In this document: positions 50,591 through 59,536 of the stretch, one piece after another
How the letters are laid out: each line of letters opens with the position of its first letter
Position numbering within the stretch: the stretch's first letter is position 1
Source of the DNA: Chloroflexota bacterium
GTDB taxonomy: Bacteria > Chloroflexota > Dormibacteria > DASZGP01
Length of the DNA: 64,000 bases
Direction: 5' to 3'
NCBI GenBank assembly: GCA_034666405.1
Contig: JAXDLW010000028.1
Location: 3,295 to 67,294, forward strand
Made by a program: the position numbers and the translations under genes
Notes under the pieces: generated by a model
Told to the model about the DNA's origin: nothing
The model's database searches: none
What the model saw: only the letters and a program-made list of their open reading frames with translations

Positions 50591-50611
50591 GCGGATATCT
50601 GGGATATCCGC
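50591..50611. promoter_or_regulatory. Palindromic operator upstream of the AbrB-like gene
   Basis: GCGGATATC-TGG-GATATCCGC. Confidence 0.65.
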
Positions 50612-50634
50612 GCGAAGCGAGGGACGAAGACGAT

Positions 50635-50693
50635 GGCCGGATTTGAACTAGCGACCCCCGCGTCCCAAACGCTGTGCGCTACCGGGCTGCGCC
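50635..50693 (-). pseudogene. Degenerate tRNA-Pro(TGG) copy lacking the acceptor stem
   Basis: 56/59 identical to the core of the tRNA at 55652-55728. Confidence 0.85.
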
Positions 50694-50793
50694 CACCTCG
50701 GAACCCGGCGCAAGGGCAAGGTCTTCCAGGCAGGGCTGCGGGCGTCTCTCGAGCAAAGTCGGAAGATCCTCGAGGCAGTTGTCGTTTCAGACC

Positions 50794-50871
50794 CCTGGGG
50801 TGCGGAAAGGCAGCGCGAACCCGATCCTTCGAGTCGGCGGGTGCCAGGTTCGTCCCGGTCAGCGCCCCGGG
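50794..50871 (+). ncRNA. Candidate structured RNA
   Basis: Outer stem CCTGGGGTGC/GCGCCCCGGG and inner stem GCGAACC/GGTTCGT. Confidence 0.35.
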
Positions 50872-50933
50872 CGAGGGGTTAGGTGCGAAGCGTTCACGCG
50901 GGTAGACTAGCGACTCTTCCTGGAGGAACCGCC

Positions 50934-51176
50934 GTGGGCAACGAGTTCGACGCCGACGCGCCCCGCTTTCGAGCGGAGCAGCAAGCGCCGCAAGGGCTAC
51001 CCGTCCGAGACGCACGTCAAGCGTGGCGTGCGGATCGTTCACGGCTTTCAAAGAGCTAGAGGAAAAGCTCGGACGCAACGATCCCTGCCCCTGCGGGTCA
51101 GGTCGCCGCTTTCAAGCGGTGCTGCGCTGGCAGCGGCCGCTTCGACGGCTCGCCGAGGAACCACTACTCGCGGTGA
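50934..51176 (+). CDS. SEC-C zinc-binding protein read through three +1 frameshifts
   Basis: GGAGG-7 nt-GTG start. Reassembled product: [79 protein letters not shown]. Confidence 0.75.
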
Positions 51177-51189
51177 TGGACGCCGGCCG

Positions 51190-51786
51190 TCAGAGAGGGG
51201 CCCCCTCAAGGATTCGCTTCAGGCACCTGAAGTCGGGACTTCGGTAGATCCAGCCTATCGCGGAGCTGGCGCACGCCGCTACGGCTGGTAGGCCATCCAC
51301 AGTCGCATCGAGCAGGACCCGGCTTTGCTCCCCCATGTCCTCAACTATGTAGGCGGAGACAACGCTCATACCTCTGCCGGCCGCAGTGATCTCGACCAGC
51401 CGTGGGGGCTCCAATCGGCTGAACCTATGCATCATGCGGGATTGCTTGCGCCACCGCCGTTTCGACGCGAACGTCCATTCCTGACCCACTTCCGGCGGGA
51501 CATCGGCAGGCTGACAGGCGCCCACCCGTGGATTCCACAACGGCTGATTGGCCGGCCTGGCAAGAAACTCGAAGACCTGCCCGGCTGGGCGGTCGATCGT
51601 CACGCTCTGACGGATTCGGGCGGTGACCGGGAACGGATAGTAAAGCGCTACACCCCACAGCGCGATGGCGAGAAACACCCAATACCCCAGCTGGAGTGGG
51701 TACAAGGCCAGGCCCACCACCGCACCGACGGACACGAAGGACCAGACCACGAATAGCGGCCAAACATGAGCTCTCCGAATGCTCAC
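51190..51786 (-). CDS. Membrane-anchored SRPBCC-family protein
   Basis: [26 protein letters not shown] after two TMs. Confidence 0.75.
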   Translation of the reverse strand: MSIRRAHVWPLFVVWSFVSVGAVVGLALYPLQLGYWVFLAIALWGVALYYPFPVTARIRQSVTIDRPAGQVFEFLARPANQPLWNPRVGACQPADVPPEVGQEWTFASKRRWRKQSRMMHRFSRLEPPRLVEITAAGRGMSVVSAYIVEDMGEQSRVLLDATVDGLPAVAACASSAIGWIYRSPDFRCLKRILEGAPL

Positions 51787-51868
51787 TGATGCCCCCGCAA
51801 CTGAGATCCCATCACCTCCGGGTCCCTCCGCACCATCGGCTGACTAGCGGATGCCGCCCCGTTGGGGC

Positions 51869-52372
51869 TCACCGCCGCTCCGGGGGACGGATCGTGCTCC
51901 GCAGGATAGACCGTAACTTCGGATCCTGGACATCCGGCAGACCACCATCGAACGGTCCGGGAGGTAGTTCGCCGGACCGCTTCTTCCGGGCGATGTCCCC
52001 CCACATGGCCAGAAGGGCATCCCACGCGGTAGTAGATGCCGGGCCCAACCAGGGGTGCAATGCCAACGGGTCCAGGTCGGCCCAACCGAGCGATCCTTGG
52101 AGGTCCTCGAGAACGCCAGTGACGGCCAGTTCGGTCTCGTCTGACTCGTTGGCGACGTACTCCTCCATTGTCCTGAAGAAGGCCGGGAAGCAGTCGGTTT
52201 CATCGCGGGCCAGCGCCTGGACGACCACCTCCGCGAGGGCCGCAGCCTGCATATAAGGCAGCGGCTCAGACTCGTCGTCGGCTCGCTCGGATTCCCAGGC
52301 TGCGCGGAGCGCGGGGCAGGCGCTCAGCAAACGCTGAATCAAGCCTTCGCGAAGGTCCGAGGGCTCGTCCAT
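51869..52372 (-). CDS. Hypothetical protein (acidic, helical)
   Basis: Long ORF; ELAVTGVLEDLQ..PWLGP motif. Confidence 0.7.
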   Translation of the reverse strand: MDEPSDLREGLIQRLLSACPALRAAWESERADDESEPLPYMQAAALAEVVVQALARDETDCFPAFFRTMEEYVANESDETELAVTGVLEDLQGSLGWADLDPLALHPWLGPASTTAWDALLAMWGDIARKKRSGELPPGPFDGGLPDVQDPKLRSILRSTIRPPERR

Positions 52373-52587
52373 GGTGGCAATTGTGGCGGACCCGACCCGG
52401 ACGGCTGGGCTCTGAGCTGATCGGTGACGTTCGTCATGCCCTTTCAGGTGACGAACTTGACTTTTCGAACAGCCTGGACTTCTATACCGTGGCGGCATAG
52501 GAAACACAGCCGGGAAGGTAAAGAGCCGGGGCGGCCGGGCGACGCCAAGCGGGCTCCGCGACTGACATGGTGTGATTCACTATCGCC

Positions 52588-53100
52588 GTGCCGACGGTTC
52601 GGATCCCACTCGGTCTAATGATCGCGGGCCGGCTTCCTGATGTCTGTGTTAAGACGGGGGCCCCGACAACTGACCGGGTTCGCGTAGTGTTCACCCCTCG
52701 GTCAGGAGCGCTGGCTGTCGTAGCCATGACGGCGGGACTCCCGGCTGACCTCGACGTCGCATGGGGACCGATTCCGCTTTCAGCACGAGCCGCGAACCGG
52801 CTGACGAGGATCAACCGACTTACAGGAGGCGGGTTGGCGATCGGTGGCCTAATGATGCTGTTCGTTGTTGCTCGGGCATTCCTGTCCGGGAGCGGGATCA
52901 GCCCCTTAGGGGTTGTGCCAGTCGCGATCCTGCTGGTGGTGGTGATGGCACGACTATTCGTGGCTCCGCGCGTGGGCATTTACGGGGTCTACAAGAAGGC
53001 CCGGGGTACGGACCCTGACATGATCGAAATTCAGCGGGCCCACCCCGCCTTCATTGCTGCGCTGCCGCAAGACTGGTCTCCAGCAGACTCGCCCGATTAG
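52588..53100 (+). CDS. Hypothetical membrane protein
   Basis: LPDVCVKTG...AHPAF motif, two TMs. Confidence 0.65.
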   Translation: MPTVRIPLGLMIAGRLPDVCVKTGAPTTDRVRVVFTPRSGALAVVAMTAGLPADLDVAWGPIPLSARAANRLTRINRLTGGGLAIGGLMMLFVVARAFLSGSGISPLGVVPVAILLVVVMARLFVAPRVGIYGVYKKARGTDPDMIEIQRAHPAFIAALPQDWSPADSPD

Positions 53101-53152
53101 CCGCGACCCGGCCCACTTCTTGAACAACCCGCACCCCGTCCAAACCAGGCTA

Positions 53153-53926
53153 ATGGCCATCGAATCGCTGGCCGGGGTGCTGGCTTCGGCATTCGGGTTG
53201 GTGTTCGTGGCTTTCGCCGTCTTCGCGCCGATTGTCGTCTCGGGTAAGCGGTTCGTCGCTCACTCGGCTCAGCAGTGCATCTCCGGGATACAGACGAATC
53301 TCAGCACCCCGGGGCATGTCAGCATCGTGAGCCGAGGCGAAGCTCTCAACTATCTGCCCGCCCTCATCTTCTTCCTGCTCCCGGCTCTCGCGGCTATCAG
53401 ACACCAACAGACGGATCATCATCGCTGGCTCGTTCTGCCTTGGGCGGTGGCGGGACTGACCGGAATCGGGGCCACAGCCGGCGGCTGCAACAGCCTCGTC
53501 CTGAATCCGCTCGCGGCTGTTACCTTCGTATCAGCCAGCGCCGGCACGACGGCCGCGGTCCTCAGTCGAGGGCGCAAGGACATGCGACCCGCTGAGACAA
53601 GCCGTCGATACGTCGTCCTGACTCTGGTTCTCCTCGTCCTTCTGTGGCCGTTGGGAGCTGCAATGGTCCTCCTTTCGCGGAGCTGGACCGTGCACCAGAA
53701 GATCGTCGGTGTAGCATCCTCGGCCTTTGCGGTCGTCATCTACCCGATTGGTTTCATCGCCACCGTTGGTCCGCTCGGACAAGCCCTCCATGCGAGCGAA
53801 GGTTGGAAGGTTGCCATGACGTTCGCGGGAGGCGTGCCACTGTGGGCCATCCTGATCTGGTCGGTGGTCTACCTGGCCAAAGGAAGACAGCGCAGCGGCA
53901 CGAGTGAAGTCCATCCCGATCTTTAA
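53153..53926 (+). CDS. Hypothetical polytopic membrane protein
   Basis: About seven hydrophobic segments. Confidence 0.6.
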   Translation: MAIESLAGVLASAFGLVFVAFAVFAPIVVSGKRFVAHSAQQCISGIQTNLSTPGHVSIVSRGEALNYLPALIFFLLPALAAIRHQQTDHHRWLVLPWAVAGLTGIGATAGGCNSLVLNPLAAVTFVSASAGTTAAVLSRGRKDMRPAETSRRYVVLTLVLLVLLWPLGAAMVLLSRSWTVHQKIVGVASSAFAVVIYPIGFIATVGPLGQALHASEGWKVAMTFAGGVPLWAILIWSVVYLAKGRQRSGTSEVHPDL

Positions 53927-54425
53927 CCCGATGGCGCGAAGACTCGGCGCGTTCGTCGTATTGGGCATGAGTGCCCTCGTCGGATGTTCTCCGCCGCCGA
54001 CGACGGCTCCAACGTCCTCGCTGCCGACAGTGATCGTGTCTCGCCTCGGCCCAAATCCGCCTGGCGGATACATCCTCGAGGCGACAGACATTGCGGGAAT
54101 GAGGGCTATGGCCTGTAAAGCGGAAGCTGCACCCGCGACGGCCTGCTGGCCCGACGCTCAGCCGTCCGCGCAGCTAGTCCTTCTCGCCTTCGGCGGGTTC
54201 ACTCCGTGCCTGCACCTAGATCGCGTCCACGCGGTCAAAGGACCAAGCGCCGTGACACTTCACATATATCGGCGGCGAGAATCGTGCCTGACCAACTCCC
54301 CTGACAGACCTATGGCGCTGATCGGAATCCGCAGCGACGACCTGCCCCCATACGCCCGAGCTGACCTGCCGCGAGCGATCGATGGAGTCGAGCCGCCGAT
54401 CGTGCCCGACTATATCGACGAGTAG
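53904..54425 (+). CDS. Hypothetical Cys-containing lipoprotein
   Basis: Lipobox LVGC followed by a Pro/Thr linker. Confidence 0.55.
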   Translation: MKSIPIFNPMARRLGAFVVLGMSALVGCSPPPTTAPTSSLPTVIVSRLGPNPPGGYILEATDIAGMRAMACKAEAAPATACWPDAQPSAQLVLLAFGGFTPCLHLDRVHAVKGPSAVTLHIYRRRESCLTNSPDRPMALIGIRSDDLPPYARADLPRAIDGVEPPIVPDYIDE

Positions 54426-54687
54426 CCGAGACGTCCGACCCTAGAGGGCTGGATCGAGCGGTTTACTCTCGATTGCCAGGACGCCAAACACGCATTCGTG
54501 GACCCGATGGAGAGGCTCCATGACGACGAACCGATCAAGCGCCTCATCGGCGAGGGCGAACTCGCGCTCGGCCAGTGAGCTTCCGCCCTGGATCGGTTCC
54601 CAAGCCGCTAGAGGTCGGCCTCTGCATATATATATGTTGCGGGCCGTGAATGATCTGGCACAACGGCAGACCGTGCGTCCTGCGCCG

Positions 54688-55506
54688 CTATCGATAGAGG
54701 GCAATCGGCGTGATGATTCCGCCTGGACCCTTGACCACTATTGGTCCGACGACACCCGCGGCGTCGCCCTCGGGTTTGGCTCCCCTGACCAACTTCCTTC
54801 GCTGCGCCCGGGGGACCATCTCGATGCCAGGAAAACCGCCCGGGATAGCAAATTGCTCAGTCGGGGCAAACTTTCGCTGCACCATCCCGAGGAGGGTCAT
54901 CTCCCCGTCCATCGCATCGGCATCGATAAGCAAATGGCTAACGTCGAGTTCTGAAAAGAAGTGGAATCTTCTCGCGCCGGCCAGGGTCGCTGCAAGGGGA
55001 AGCTTGTTGTTGTCTGCTGAGCCGAGCGCCGAACCCCACATCTTCACCTGATCAAGCTGGGATTCATCGGCCGCACCGAACGCCCTCAGAACCGGCGCGA
55101 GCCGCTCAGCTGTGCGCAGGAACTGGGTGGCCTTCGCCATGCCCGCTACCTCCACGACAACCTCGAGCTCAACGACCTCATTCTTTTGAATCTGACCCCA
55201 GATCCCATCGTCCATTGCGGCGAGAGGCTGTATACCGTCAGCCTCCGTCATCAGTCGGTGAAGACGGGCGAACTCTGACGCCGGCGTCTGGCTTACGGTC
55301 TGCGACACCTCGTGCCCAGCAGTTTTCCTTAAGTCCACGCGACCGGTCATCGGACCCGCGGTCACCCCGCCGCCGGCGCCCTTCGAGCCTCCGCGCGTCG
55401 TCGTTGTCTGAGCGTCTTGGGTCAGCCCTTCCTCGAGTTGACCCAAGAACCGTTGAACCAAATCGCGATTCAGGTATGTGAAATCACGAAGAATCAACCT
55501 CGGCAT
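54688..55506 (-). CDS. Hypothetical protein (DUF6414-like)
   Basis: LRDFTYLN..V..FLGQLEEG start and ITPIALYR end; GGAGG RBS. Confidence 0.75.
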   Translation of the reverse strand: MPRLILRDFTYLNRDLVQRFLGQLEEGLTQDAQTTTTRGGSKGAGGGVTAGPMTGRVDLRKTAGHEVSQTVSQTPASEFARLHRLMTEADGIQPLAAMDDGIWGQIQKNEVVELEVVVEVAGMAKATQFLRTAERLAPVLRAFGAADESQLDQVKMWGSALGSADNNKLPLAATLAGARRFHFFSELDVSHLLIDADAMDGEMTLLGMVQRKFAPTEQFAIPGGFPGIEMVPRAQRRKLVRGAKPEGDAAGVVGPIVVKGPGGIITPIALYR

Positions 55507-55651
55507 CGCAGTCTCCCTCCATGCTCAGTCTATGGCGACCCAGCGAACAGTACCAGAACATGCGTTCGTGATCGTACTGCTGCCGATCGATCCCGGTACC
55601 TCCCCCACGACCGGCCACTCAGGAGTCGAAAATGGTGTTCGAAATCAGCAT

Positions 55652-55728
55652 TGGTCGGAGAGGCCGGATTTGAACCGGCGACCCCCGCGTCCCAAACGCG
55701 GTGCGCTACCGGGCTGCGCCACTCTCCG
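55652..55728 (-). tRNA. tRNA-Pro(TGG), complete with encoded CCA
   Basis: CGGAGAGTGGCGCAGCCCGGTAGCGCACCGCGTTTGGGACGCGGGGGTCGCCGGTTCAAATCCGGCCTCTCCGACCA folds as a cloverleaf. Confidence 0.97.
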
Positions 55729-55770
55729 CCGTATTTGATTCTGCCTTCAAGGAGGTTGAACTCGGCGCTA

Positions 55771-55809
55771 TCCCAAAGCAGGTGCGCTACCGGGCTGCGC
55801 TACTCCCCG
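55771..55809 (-). pseudogene. 5' half of the original tRNA-Pro(TGG), attL-like
   Basis: CGGGGAGTAGCGCAGCCCGGTAGCGCACCTGCTTTGGGA; TACTAT -10 at 55821-55826. Confidence 0.9.
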
Positions 55810-55848
55810 AAGGTCGAGAGATAGTATCCGGCCCTAGACTGGCGCCGG

Positions 55849-56907
55849 ATGAAAGCCCTGGCTCCGTTCAAGGACCTGCGCCTGCGCGTCTCGGTCGTGA
55901 TCATGGGACTCCAGGTCCTGGGGCAGGTCGCCTTCGGGTTCAAGGTGTCGATCGCCCAGATCCTGGTAGCGATCGCCCTCTGCGTGGTCATCGAGGTCGG
56001 TGTGGGCTGGTGGCGGAGGCAGACACTCACCTGGCCCGCCAGCGCCATCCTGACCGGGAATGGCATCGCCCTGATCCTGCGGGCCACGGGGACCCACCAT
56101 GGCGATTGGTGGAGCCTGAACGGGATCCATTACTTCGCCCTCGCGGCCGTCATCGGGATCGGCTCCAAATACCTGGTCCGGTTCCGCGGTCGCCACGTGT
56201 ACAACCCATCCAACCTCGGCCTGGTCTTGTGCCTGCTCGTTGCCGGGCCGCTGGATGTCTTTCCGCAGTACCTCTGGTGGGGGAACGTCACGCCGGCCCT
56301 GCTCATCGCCTTCGTGCTCATCCTCGTCGGCGCCGCCTGGGTGCTCGTGCCGCTGCGAATGGTCCCCATGGCTTTCGCCTTCCTGGTCCCGTTCTTCACG
56401 GGGATGGCGCTCTTCGCGGTCACCGGGCATTGCTTCGTGGCGATCTGGAACCCCGGGCCCGCGTGCGGGCTCGACTACTGGGCGGCGATCTGTCTCTCCC
56501 CGGAACTGCTGGTATTCGTCTTCTTCATGCTCACCGACCCCCGCACGACCCCTGAGGGCGCAACGGCGCGCCTCGTCCACGCCGCCCTGACAGCCCTCCT
56601 GGCGTTGGGCTTCATCGCGTTCCAGCCCACCGAATACGGCATCAAGCTCGGCCTACTCGCTGCCCTGACCGTGTCGTGCTCGGTAAACGGCCTGGGCCGT
56701 GGCGCGGCGGCGTGGCGGGCACGCGACCTGGTGCCGTCCTCGGCGCCGGAGGATCGCCGCCCGCTTCCGCTGGTGCCGGGCACGATCGCACTGGTGGTCG
56801 TCATCGCGCTGGCGGTCCCGCTCTACCTCGCCGGCCTGTCGGGGAACCAGGACCTGCGGGCCGTGGAGAAGGGGCGCCCGCCCCCCGGGATCCGGGGACA
56901 GGCCTAG
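55849..56907 (+). CDS. RnfD/NqrB-like (UnbU-like) membrane protein
   Basis: PASAILTG, SKY...HVYNPSN, FFMLTDPRTTP. Confidence 0.75.
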   Translation: MKALAPFKDLRLRVSVVIMGLQVLGQVAFGFKVSIAQILVAIALCVVIEVGVGWWRRQTLTWPASAILTGNGIALILRATGTHHGDWWSLNGIHYFALAAVIGIGSKYLVRFRGRHVYNPSNLGLVLCLLVAGPLDVFPQYLWWGNVTPALLIAFVLILVGAAWVLVPLRMVPMAFAFLVPFFTGMALFAVTGHCFVAIWNPGPACGLDYWAAICLSPELLVFVFFMLTDPRTTPEGATARLVHAALTALLALGFIAFQPTEYGIKLGLLAALTVSCSVNGLGRGAAAWRARDLVPSSAPEDRRPLPLVPGTIALVVVIALAVPLYLAGLSGNQDLRAVEKGRPPPGIRGQA

Positions 56908-58172
56908 CCGCGGACCAGCGCCGCCAGCCGCGGCATGAGCTCCGGTCCCATCAGCCAGCCGAAGCTGCCGCCGGCCGCGTTCGCCTCGGTGAACGCGCTC
57001 GCGCTGCCCGGCTCCAGGCCCCCCGTCACGAGGAACGGCACCGGGTCGTTGGAGTGCGATCCGAGGATCACGGGCGTCATGTGGTCCACCGTCACACAGA
57101 CCAGCAGTGCGTCCATGTCCACCAGTTCGGCCAGGCGGCCGAAGTAGAAGCGCTCGATGTCCTCGATGGCCTGGCGCTTCTGGTCGGCATCACCGTCATG
57201 CGAAGGCACATCGGCCGCACGGATGTGGACGTAGGCGCCGTCCATGCTGGTCAGCGCCTCGTCGGTCCGCAACGCCCAGTCGTTGTAGTCACGCTCCGGG
57301 TTGCCGGTGGCGCGCGCCAACCGCATCAGCTCGAGGCCGCTGAGCTGGGCCAGTGCCTTCTCTACCGACGTCTCGACCACGGCGCCCAGGCGAAGCCCGT
57401 AGCGGTCGACAAACGGCGGCAGCCTTGGCAGCCTGTCGCCGGCGTCCCGCAGGAGAAGGAAATTGCCCGGCAGGAAGCCAAGGTCGCGGCGCCGCAGGTT
57501 GACGGGGTGCTGGTCCAGCACCTCGAATGCCTGCTCGACGAAGCTGTTGCTCAGGTCGGCGGCCCGCTGCGCGGCCGCGCTCTCGTCCAGGGGTCGAGCC
57601 CGCGCCGCGGTCATCCCGGGTGTCGGGACCGCGACGCTGAACGGCCCGCGCCGCTGGTAGGCGGGGTCGATGTTCTCGACCGCGCTGCTCAGCGCCCCCT
57701 CCGTCGACCGGATGACCAGGCAACCGCGATGGCCGGCCGACTGGACGAACTGGATGCTGGCCCCTGGGAGGTGAACGTCCTTCTGGACCGCATCAGCCAG
57801 CTCCCGAGCCTCGGTGTCGCCCAGGCTGCGGCCGGCCCTGCGGTCGACGATGTTCCAGCCGCTGTCGCCGGTCGCGAAATTCGCCCGCCAGGCGAGGTCG
57901 CCCTCCTGCATGTCGAGGCCGTTGCCGAGTGCCTCGAGCGGACCGCGCCCGGTGTAGTACTGGTCCAGTTCGTACCCCAGCAGGCTCATCGCGGCCGCGT
58001 CCGATTCGGGGGCGATGTCCGGGGCGACGGCCCAGAGCTGACCCATCTGCCCGGACGCGGCCAGGCCGTCCAGCAGCGGCGTCCGGGCAGCCTCCATCGG
58101 GGTGCGGTCGCCAAATTCCGGGAGTGGTCGGTCGGCCATCCCCGAGAGGACGACGAACAGCAACTTCCTCAC
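56904..58172 (-). CDS. apgM: Cofactor-independent phosphoglycerate mutase, ApgM-type
   Basis: TPMEAARTP, PESDAA, YTGRGPLEA, SHDGD, DHMTP, HSNDPVP. Confidence 0.8.
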   Translation of the reverse strand: MRKLLFVVLSGMADRPLPEFGDRTPMEAARTPLLDGLAASGQMGQLWAVAPDIAPESDAAAMSLLGYELDQYYTGRGPLEALGNGLDMQEGDLAWRANFATGDSGWNIVDRRAGRSLGDTEARELADAVQKDVHLPGASIQFVQSAGHRGCLVIRSTEGALSSAVENIDPAYQRRGPFSVAVPTPGMTAARARPLDESAAAQRAADLSNSFVEQAFEVLDQHPVNLRRRDLGFLPGNFLLLRDAGDRLPRLPPFVDRYGLRLGAVVETSVEKALAQLSGLELMRLARATGNPERDYNDWALRTDEALTSMDGAYVHIRAADVPSHDGDADQKRQAIEDIERFYFGRLAELVDMDALLVCVTVDHMTPVILGSHSNDPVPFLVTGGLEPGSASAFTEANAAGGSFGWLMGPELMPRLAALVRG

Positions 58173-58175
58173 AGG

Positions 58176-58820
58176 CTAGGGATTATCCGATAGCGATCCC
58201 TGCCCGGCGGCCCAGCCGGCGAGGTCGAACTGGGCGAGCAGCTCGGCAACCGCCTGGCCCCGGTGGCTCAGGACATCCTTCTCTTCGGCTGGGACCTCGG
58301 CCATCGTGCGGCCCTCCTCCAACACGAACACGGGGTCATAGCCAAAGCCGCCGGTCCCGACCGGGTGGCGCCCGATACGGCCCTTGCAGCGCCCCATGAA
58401 GACCTTGCCGGCCGGGCCTCCCGGCCGGGCGAGCGCCAGGACGCACACATATTCGGCCTGGCGGTCGGCCCGCCCCTCCATCTCCTCCAGGAGCAGCCGG
58501 TTGCGCGCCGCGGCATCGAGTCCCTCACCGCCATAGCGCGCCGACTGCACGCCGGGTCGCCCGCCGAGCGCGCGCACCACCAGGCCGGAGTCATCGGCCA
58601 GCGCCGGCAGGTTGGCTGCCCCGGCATATTCGCGCGCCTTCTTCTGCGCGTTGGCGAGGAACGTGAGGCCATCCTCGTCGACAGCCATGTTCAGCCCCAT
58701 CTCACGGGGCGACACCAGCTCCACCCCCGCGCCCGCCAGGAGCCTGCGGAACTCCTCCAGCTTCCCGGCGTTGTCGCTGGCCAGCAGCAGCCTGGGACGG
58801 CTGGAGGCCGCCTCGGTCAG
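58176..58820 (-). CDS. rdgB: Non-canonical purine NTP pyrophosphatase
   Basis: ASDNAGK, ADDSGL, GFGYDP, SHRG; inferred CTG start overlapping the rph stop. Confidence 0.92.
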   Translation of the reverse strand: MTEAASSRPRLLLASDNAGKLEEFRRLLAGAGVELVSPREMGLNMAVDEDGLTFLANAQKKAREYAGAANLPALADDSGLVVRALGGRPGVQSARYGGEGLDAAARNRLLLEEMEGRADRQAEYVCVLALARPGGPAGKVFMGRCKGRIGRHPVGTGGFGYDPVFVLEEGRTMAEVPAEEKDVLSHRGQAVAELLAQFDLAGWAAGQGSLSDNP

Positions 58821-59536
58821 AGGCCCAGGGCCTGGCGCTGGACGGCGGCCAGCCGCACGATGCCCTCGGACGCCAGGGTCAGCAACTGGTCACCCTCGTC
58901 CCGGCTGAAGGGCCGGCGCTCGGCGGTTCCCTGGATCTCGATGAAGTTGCCTGACTCGGTCGCGACACAGTTCATGTCGACCTCGGCGCGGTAATCCTCG
59001 GCGTAGTTCATATCCAGGCGCACCTGGCCGTCGACGATACCGACACTCACGGCCCCGATCATCTCCTTCACCGGCACCGCGGGCAGGAGCCCCTGCTCGT
59101 GGACCTTCTTGAGGGCGAGGTACAGGGCGACGAACCCGCCGGTGATCGCCGCGCAGCGTGTCCCGGCATCGGCCTGGATCACGTCGCAGTCAACCGTGAT
59201 GGTCCTCTCCCCCATGGCCGACATGTCCACGCCGGCGCGGAAGGCCCGCCCGATCAGGCGCTGGATCTCGGCGCTGCGGCCGTCCACCCGACCCTGGCGG
59301 CCGTCCCGGTTCCCCCGGGTGTTGGTGGCGCGGGGCAGCATCGCGTACTCGGCGGTGATCCAACCCAGCCCGCTGCCCTTGCGGAACTGGGGCAGCTTCT
59401 CCTCCACGCTGGCCAGGCACAGCACCCTGGTGTTGCCGGCGGTGATCAGGGCAGAGCCCTCGGCATAGATGTTGACGCCGGTCTCGATCGTGACCGGGCG
59501 CAGGGCGTCGACCTCCCGGCCGTCCGGACGGGTCAC
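58817..59536 (-). CDS. rph: Ribonuclease PH
   Basis: [30 protein letters not shown]. Confidence 0.97.
   Translation of the reverse strand: MTRPDGREVDALRPVTIETGVNIYAEGSALITAGNTRVLCLASVEEKLPQFRKGSGLGWITAEYAMLPRATNTRGNRDGRQGRVDGRSAEIQRLIGRAFRAGVDMSAMGERTITVDCDVIQADAGTRCAAITGGFVALYLALKKVHEQGLLPAVPVKEMIGAVSVGIVDGQVRLDMNYAEDYRAEVDMNCVATESGNFIEIQGTAERRPFSRDEGDQLLTLASEGIVRLAAVQRQALGL

Larger units (their letters stand above)
48860..55770. mobile_element. Decayed genomic island B at tRNA-Pro
   Basis: Lies between the 5' tRNA half and the proximal 3' half; TA genes and small orphans; no integrase seen. Confidence 0.7.

Noticed and set aside
51023-51291. ORF-track calls 51023-51247 and 51028-51291 as independent genes
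   Set aside because: Each holds only a piece of the SEC-C protein, lacks an RBS and runs into the convergent gene.
48815-55809. Trans-spliced split tRNA or intron-containing tRNA
   Set aside because: No complementary leader/trailer or intron structure is evident; the duplicated 7-nt loop fits integration better.
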